From contig OZ024747.1 of the NCBI GenBank assembly GCA_964016885.1, forward strand, positions 75,144,001 to 75,208,000: a stretch of 64,000 nucleotides of DNA, in the 5' to 3' direction. This stretch comes from Eledone cirrhosa. Its lineage: Eukaryota. The notes beneath the pieces are model-generated. The model was given only the letters and a program-made list of their open reading frames with translations, was not told the origin of the DNA and did not search any database. This document shows, in pieces, positions 56,668-64,000 of this stretch. Position 1 is the stretch's first letter. Every line of letters begins with the position of its first letter. A program made the translations under genes and the position numbers.

Positions 56668-59600
56668 CTTAAGATGCTTTTGGTAGTTCCACCTTAATTA
56701 AGAGGTATAATAGGAATCAAAGACACTTTTGGTAGTTCTACATTAATTAAGAGGTATAATAGGAGTCAAAGACACTTTTGGTAGTTCTACCTTAATTAAC
56801 AGGTATAATAGGAGTCACAGACACTTTGGTAGTTCCACCTTAATTAAGAGGTATAATAGGAGTCAAAGACACTTTTGGTAGTTCTACCTTAATTAAGAGG
56901 TATAATAGGAGTCAAAGACACTTTTGGTAGTTCTACCTTAATTAAGAGGTATAATAGGAGTCAAAGACACTTTTGGTAGTTCTACCTTAATTAAGAGGTA
57001 TAATAGGAATCAAAGACACTTTTGGTAGTTCTACCTTAATTAAGAGGTATAATAGGAATCAAAGACACTTTTGGTAGTTCTACCTTAATTAAGAGGTATA
57101 ATAGGAGTCAAAGACACTTTTGGTAGTTCTACCTTAATTAAGAGGTATAATAGGAGTCAAAGACACTTTTGGTAGTTCTACCTTAATTAAGAGGTATAAT
57201 AGGAATCAAAGACACTTTTGGTAGTTCTACCTTAATTAAGAGGTATAATAGGAGTCAAAGACACTTTTGGTAGTTCTACCTTAATTAAGAGGTATAATAG
57301 GAGTCAAAGACACTTTTGGTAGTTCTACCTTAATTAAGAGGTATAATAGGAGTCAAAGACACTTTTGGTAGTTCTACCTTAATTAAGAGGTATAATAGGA
57401 ATCAAAGACACTTTTGGTAGTTCTACCTTAATTAAGAGGTATAATAGGAATCAAAGACACTTTTGGTAGTTCTACCTTAATTAAGAGGTATAATAGGAGT
57501 CAAAGACACTTTTGGTAGTTCTACCTTAATTAAGAGGTATAATAGGAGTCAAAGACACTTTTGGTAGTTCTACCTTAATTAAGAGGTATAATAGGAGTCA
57601 AAGACACTTTTGGTAGTTCTACCTTAATTAAGAGGTATAATAGGAGTCAAAGACACTTTTGGTAGTTCTACCTTAATTAACAGGTATAATAGGCGTCAAA
57701 GACACTTTTGGTAGTTCCACCTTAATTAAGAGGTATAATAGGAGTCAAAGACACTTTTGGTAGTTCTACCTTAATTAAGAGGTATAATAGGAATCAAAGA
57801 CACTTTTGGTAGTTCTACCTTAATTAAGAGGTATAATAGGAATCAAAGACACTTTTGGTAGTTCTACCTTAATTAAGAGGTATAATAGGAATCAAAGACA
57901 CTTTTGGTAGTTCTACCTTAATTAAGAGGTATAATAGGAATCAAAGACACTTTTGGTAGTTCTACCTTAATTAAGAGGTATAATAGGAATCAAAGACACT
58001 TTTGGTAGTTCTACCTTAATTAAGAGGTATAATAGGAGTCAAAGACACTTTTGGTAGTTCTACCTTAATTAAGAGGTATAATAGGAGTGAAAGACACTTT
58101 TGGTAGTTCTACCTTAATTAAGAGGTATAATAGGAATCAAAGACACTTTTGGTAGTTCTACCTTAATTAAGAGGTATAATAGGAGTCAAAGACACTTTTG
58201 GTAGTTCTACCTTAATTAAGAGGTATAATAGGAATCAAAGACACTTTTGGTAGTTCTACCTTAATTAAGAGGTATAATAGGAGTCAAAGACACTTTTGGT
58301 AGTTCTACCTTAATTAAGAGGTATAATAGGAGTCAAAGACACTTTTGGTAGTTCTACCTTAATTAAGAGGTATAATAGGAGTCAAAGACACTTTTGGTAG
58401 TTCTACCTTAATTAAGAGGTATAATAGGAGTCAAAGACACTTTTGGTAGTTCTACCTTAATTAACAGGTATAATAGGCGTCAAAGACACTTTTGGTAGTT
58501 CCACCTTAATTAAGAGGTATAATAGGAGTCAAAGACACTTTTGGTAGTTCTACCTTAATTAAGAGGTATAATAGGAATCAAAGACACTTTTGGTAGTTCT
58601 ACCTTAATTAAGAGGTATAATAGGAATCAAAGACACTTTTGGTAGTTCTACCTTAATTAAGAGGTATAATAGGAATCAAAGACACTTTTGGTAGTTCTAC
58701 CTTAATTAAGAGGTATAATAGGAATCAAAGACACTTTTGGTAGTTCTACCTTAATTAAGAGGTATAATAGGAATCAAAGACACTTTTGGTAGTTCTACCT
58801 TAATTAAGAGGTATAATAGGAGTCAAAGACACTTTTGGTAGTTCTACCTTAATTAAGAGGTATAATAGGAGTGAAAGACACTTTTGGTAGTTCTACCTTA
58901 ATTAAGAGGTATAATAGGAATCAAAGACACTTTTGGTAGTTCTACCTTAATTAAGAGGTATAATAGGAGTCAAAGACACTTTTGGTAGTTCTACCTTAAT
59001 TAAGAGGTATAATAGGAATCAAAGACACTTTTGGTAGTTCTACCTTAATTAAGAGGTATAATAGGAGTCAAAGACACTTTTGGTAGTTCTACCTTAATTA
59101 AGAGGTATAATAGGAATCAAAGACACTTTTGGTAGTTCTACCTTAATTAAGAGGTATAATAGGAGTCAAAGACACTTTTGGTAGTTCTACCTTAATTAAG
59201 AGGTATAATAGGAATCAAAGACACTTTTGGTAGTTCTACCTTAATTAAGAGGTATAATAGGAATCAAAGACACTTTTGGTAGTTCTACCTTAATTAAGAG
59301 GTATAATAGGAGTCAAAGACACTTTTGGTAGTTCTACCTTAATTAAGAGGTATAATAGGAGTCAAAGACACTTTTGGTAGTTCTACCTTAATTAAGAGGT
59401 ATAATAGGAGTCAAAGACACTTTTGGTAGTTCTACCTTAATTAAGAGGTATAATAGGAGTCAAAGACACTTTTGGTAGTTCTACCTTAATTAACAGGTAT
59501 AATAGGCGTCAAAGACACTTTTGGTAGTTCCACCTTAATTAAGAGGTATAATAGGAGTCAAAGACACTTTTGGTAGTTCTACCTTAATTAAGAGGTATAA

Positions 59601-62600
59601 TAGGAATCAAAGACACTTTTGGTAGTTCTACCTTAATTAAGAGGTATAATAGGAATCAAAGACACTTTTGGTAGTTCTACCTTAATTAAGAGGTATAATA
59701 GGAATCAAAGACACTTTTGGTAGTTCTACCTTAATTAAGAGGTATAATAGGAATCAAAGACACTTTTGGTAGTTCTACCTTAATTAAGAGGTATAATAGG
59801 AATCAAAGACACTTTTGGTAGTTCTACCTTAATTAAGAGGTATAATAGGAGTCAAAGACACTTTTGGTAGTTCTACCTTAATTAAGAGGTATAATAGGAG
59901 TGAAAGACACTTTTGGTAGTTCTACCTTAATTAAGAGGTATAATAGGAATCAAAGACACTTTTGGTAGTTCTACCTTAATTAAGAGGTATAATAGGAGTC
60001 AAAGACACTTTTGGTAGTTCTACCTTAATTAAGAGGTATAATAGGAATCAAAGACACTTTTGGTAGTTCTACCTTAATTAAGAGGTATAATAGGAGTCAA
60101 AGACACTTTTGGTAGTTCTACCTTAATTAAGAGGTATAATAGGAGTCAAAGACACTTTTGGTAGTTCTACCTTAATTAAGAGGTATAATAGGAGTCAAAG
60201 ACACTTTTGGTAGTTCTACCTTAATTAAGAGGTATAATAGGAGTCAAAGACACTTTTGGTAGTTCTACCTTAATTAACAGGTATAATAGGCGTCAAAGAC
60301 ACTTTTGGTAGTTCCACCTTAATTAAGAGGTATAATAGGAGTCAAAGACACTTTTGGTAGTTCTACCTTAATTAAGAGGTATAATAGGAATCAAAGACAC
60401 TTTTGGTAGTTCTACCTTAATTAAGAGGTATAATAGGAATCAAAGACACTTTTGGTAGTTCCACCTTAATTAAGAGGTATAATAGGAGTCAAAGACACTT
60501 TTGGTAGTTCTACCTTAATTAAGAGGTATAATAGGAGTCAAAGACACTTTTGGTAGTTCTACCTTAATTAAGAGGTATAATAGGAATCAAAGACACTTTT
60601 GGTAGTTCTACCTTAATTAAGAGGTATAATAGGAATCAAAGACACTTTTGGTAGTTCTACCTTAATTAAGAGGTATAATAGGAATCAAAGACACTTTTGG
60701 TAGTTCTACCTTAATTAAGAGGTATAATAGGAGTCAATGACACTTTTGGTAGTTCTACCTTAATTAAGAGGTATAATAGGAGTGAAAGACACTTTTGGTA
60801 GTTCTACCTTAATTAAGAGGTATAATAGGAATCAAAGACACTTTTGGTAGTTCTACCTTAATTAAGAGGTATAATAGGAGTCAAAGACACTTTTGGTAGT
60901 TCTACCTTAATTAAGAGGTATAATAGGAATCAAAGACACTTTTGGTAGTTCTACCTTAATTAAGAGGTATAATAGGAATCAAAGACACTTTTGGTAGTTC
61001 TACCTTAATTAAGAGGTATAATAGGAGTCAAAGACACTTTTGGTAGTTCTACCTTAATTAAGAGGTATAATAGGAATCAAAGACACTTTTGGTAGTTCTA
61101 CCTTAATTAAGAGGTATAATAGGAATCAAAGACACTTTTGGTAGTTCTACCTTAATTAAGAGGTATAATAGGAATCAAAGACACTTTTGGTAGTTCTACC
61201 TTAATTAAGAGGTATAATAGGAGTCAAAGACACTTTTGGTAGTTCTACCTTAATTAAGAGGTATAATAGGAGTCAAAGACACTTTTGGTAGTTCTACCTT
61301 AATTAAGAGGTATAATAGGAATCAAAGACACTTTTGGTAGTTCTACCTTAATTAAGAGGTATAATAGGAGTCAAAGACACTTTTGCTAGTTCCACCTTCA
61401 TTAACAGGTATAATAGGAATCAAAGACACTTTTAGTAGTTCTACCTTAATTAACAGATTTGATAGGAATCAAAGACACTTTTGGTAGTTCCACCTTAATT
61501 AAGAGGTATAATAGGAATCAAAGACACTTTTGGTAGTTCCACCTTAATTAACAGGTATAATAGGAGTCAAAGACACTTTTGTTCGTTCTACATTAATTAA
61601 GAGGTATAATAGGAGTCACAGACACTTTGGTAGTTCCACCTTAATTAAGAGGTATAATAGGAGTCAAACACACTTTTGGTAGTTCTACTTTAATTAAGAG
61701 GTATAATAGGAGTCAAAGACACTTTTGGTAGTTCTACCTTAATTAACAGGTATAATAGGAGTCAAAGACACTTTTGGTAGTTCCACCTTAATTAAGAGGT
61801 ATAATAGGAGTCAAACACACTTTTGGTAGTTCTACCTTAATTAAGAGGTATAATAGGAGTCAAAGACACTTTTGGTAGTTCTACCTTAATTAAGAGGTAT
61901 AATAGGAGTCAAACACACTTTTGGTAGTTCTACTTTAATTAAGAGGTATAATAGGAGTCAAAGACACTTTTGGTAGTTCTACCTTAATTAACAGGTATAA
62001 TAGGAGTCAAAGACACTTTTGGTAGTTCCACCTTAATTAAGAGGTATAATAGGAGTCAAACACACTTTTGGTAGTTCTACTTTAATTAAGAGGTATAATA
62101 GGAGTCAAAGACACTTTTGGTAGTTCTACCTTAATTAAGAGGTATAATAGGAATCAAAGACACTTTTGGTAGTTCTACCTTAATTAACAGGTATAATAGG
62201 AGTCAAAGACACTTTTGGTAGTTCCACCTTAATTAAGAGGTATAATAGGAGTCAAACACACTTTTGGTAGTTCTACCTTAATTAAGAGGTATAATAGGAG
62301 TCAAAGACACTTTTGGTAGTTCTACCTTAATTAAGAGGTATAATAGGAGTGAAAGACACTTTTGGTAGTTCTACCTTAATTAACAGGTATAATAGGAATC
62401 AAAGACACTTTTGGTAGTTCTACCTTAATTAAGAGGTATAATAGGAATCAAAGACACTTTTGGTAGTTCTACCTTAATTAAGAGGTATAATAGGAGTCAA
62501 AGACACTTTTGCTAGTTCCACCTTAATTAACAGATTTGATAGGAATCAAAGACACTTTTGGTAGTTCCACCTTAATTAAGAGGTATAATAGGAGTCAAAC

Positions 62601-64000
62601 ACACTTTTGGTAGTTCCACCTTAATTAACAGATATGATAGGAGTCAAAGACACTTTTGGTAGTTCCACCTTAATTAACAGGTATAATAGAAATCAAAGAC
62701 ACTTAGTAGTTCTACCTTAATTAAGAGGTATAATAGGAATCAAAGACACTTTTGGTAGTTCTACCTTAATTAACAGGTATGATAGGAATCAAAGACACTT
62801 TTGGTAGTTCCACCTTAATTAACAGGTATAATAGAAATCAAAGACACTTAGTAGTTCTACCTTAATTAAGAGGTATAATAGGAATCAAAGACACTTTTGG
62901 TAGTTCCACCTTAATTAACAGGTATGATAGGAATCAAAGACACTTTTGGTAGTTCCACCTTAATTAACAGGTATAATAGAAATCAAAGACACTTAGTAGT
63001 TCTACCTTAATTAAGAGGTATAATAGGAATCAAAGACACTTTTGGTAGTTCCACCTTAATTAACAGGTATGATAGGAATCAAAGACACTTTTGGTAGTTC
63101 TACCTTAATTAAGAGGTATAATAGGAATCTAAGACACTTTTGGTAGTTCTACCTTAATTAACAGGTATAATAGGAATCAAAGACACTTTTGGTAGTTCTA
63201 CCTTAATTAAGAGGTATAATAGGAATCAAAGACACTTTTGGTAGTTCTACCTTAATTAACAGGTATAATAGGAATCAAAGACACTTTTGGTAGTTCTACC
63301 TTAATTAAGAGGTATAATAGGAATCAAAGACACTTTTGGTAGTTCTACCTTAATTAAGAGGTATAATAGGAGTCAAAGACACTTTTGCTAGTTCCACCTT
63401 AATTAACAGGTATAATAGGAATCAAAGACACTTTTAGTAGTTCTACCTTAATTAACAGATTTGATAGGAATCAAAGACACTTTTGGTAGTTCCACCTTAA
63501 TTAACAGATATGATTGGAATCAAAGATACTTTTGGTAGTTCTACCTTAATTAAGAGGTATAATAGGAATCAAAGACACTTTTGGTAGTTCCACCTTAATT
63601 AACAGGTATGATAGGAATCAAAGACACTTTTGGTAGTTCTACCTTAATTAAGAGGTATAATAGGAGTCAAAGACAGTTTTGGTAGTTCCACCTTAATTAA
63701 GAGGTATAATAGGAGTCAAAGACACTTTTGGTAGTTCTACCTTAATTAAGAGGTATAATAGGAATCAAAGACACTTTTGGTAGTTCCACCTTAATTAACA
63801 GGTATAATAGGAGTCAAAGACACTTTTGGTAGTTCCACCTTAATTAACAGGTATAATAGGAATCAAAGACACTTTTGGTAGTTCCACCTTAAGAGCTATG
63901 ATAGGAGTCAAAGACACTTTTGGTAGTTCCACCTTAAGAGCTATGATAGGAGTCAAAGACACTTTTGGTAGTTCTACCTTAATTAAGAGGTATAATAGGA
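56668..64000. repeat. 49-bp satellite array (~150 copies in window, continues past the edge) with higher-order structure
   Basis: Consensus CTTTTGGTAGTTCTACCTTAATTAAGAGGTATAATAGGA(G/A)TCAAAGACA (56921 to 56970). Confidence 0.99.

Noticed and set aside
40705-64000. CRISPR-like appearance of the 52-bp and 49-bp arrays
   Set aside because: No unique spacers, no cas genes and a eukaryotic context; these are head-to-tail satellites.

Overview
Repeat-dense, AT-rich eukaryotic DNA. It is most likely cephalopod (Octopus-like); this is inferred from the repeat repertoire, not proven. The only host-gene signal is one 177-bp exon of a LAR-type receptor tyrosine phosphatase (Ig2 domain, + strand, 56169-56345), so the rest of the window is probably intronic. 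Bases ~540-34240 are a (TA)n/(TATG)n microsatellite field into which retroelements have inserted repeatedly. The centrepiece is an apparently intact minus-strand RTE-clade LINE. Its single ORF (4870-8157) encodes an APE endonuclease and an RT with a C4HC3 PHD-type finger inserted inside the RT. The 5' end runs directly into ~27 near-identical 535-bp monomers (8350-22741), giving an ~18-kb unit bounded by TA repeats on both sides. The field also holds truncated RTE copies of two subfamilies, the 5' end of another LINE with a structured leader, a Penelope-like GIY-YIG remnant, and several inverted-repeat islands. Three islands carry recognisable minimal type-I hammerhead ribozyme motifs and a fourth a degenerate one. 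The right half contains SINEs, MITEs, a decayed mariner, a 52-bp satellite (~5.4 kb) and a 49-bp satellite with higher-order structure (>7.3 kb). The many long Y/I/H/T/M/C-rich ORFs are microsatellite artefacts.
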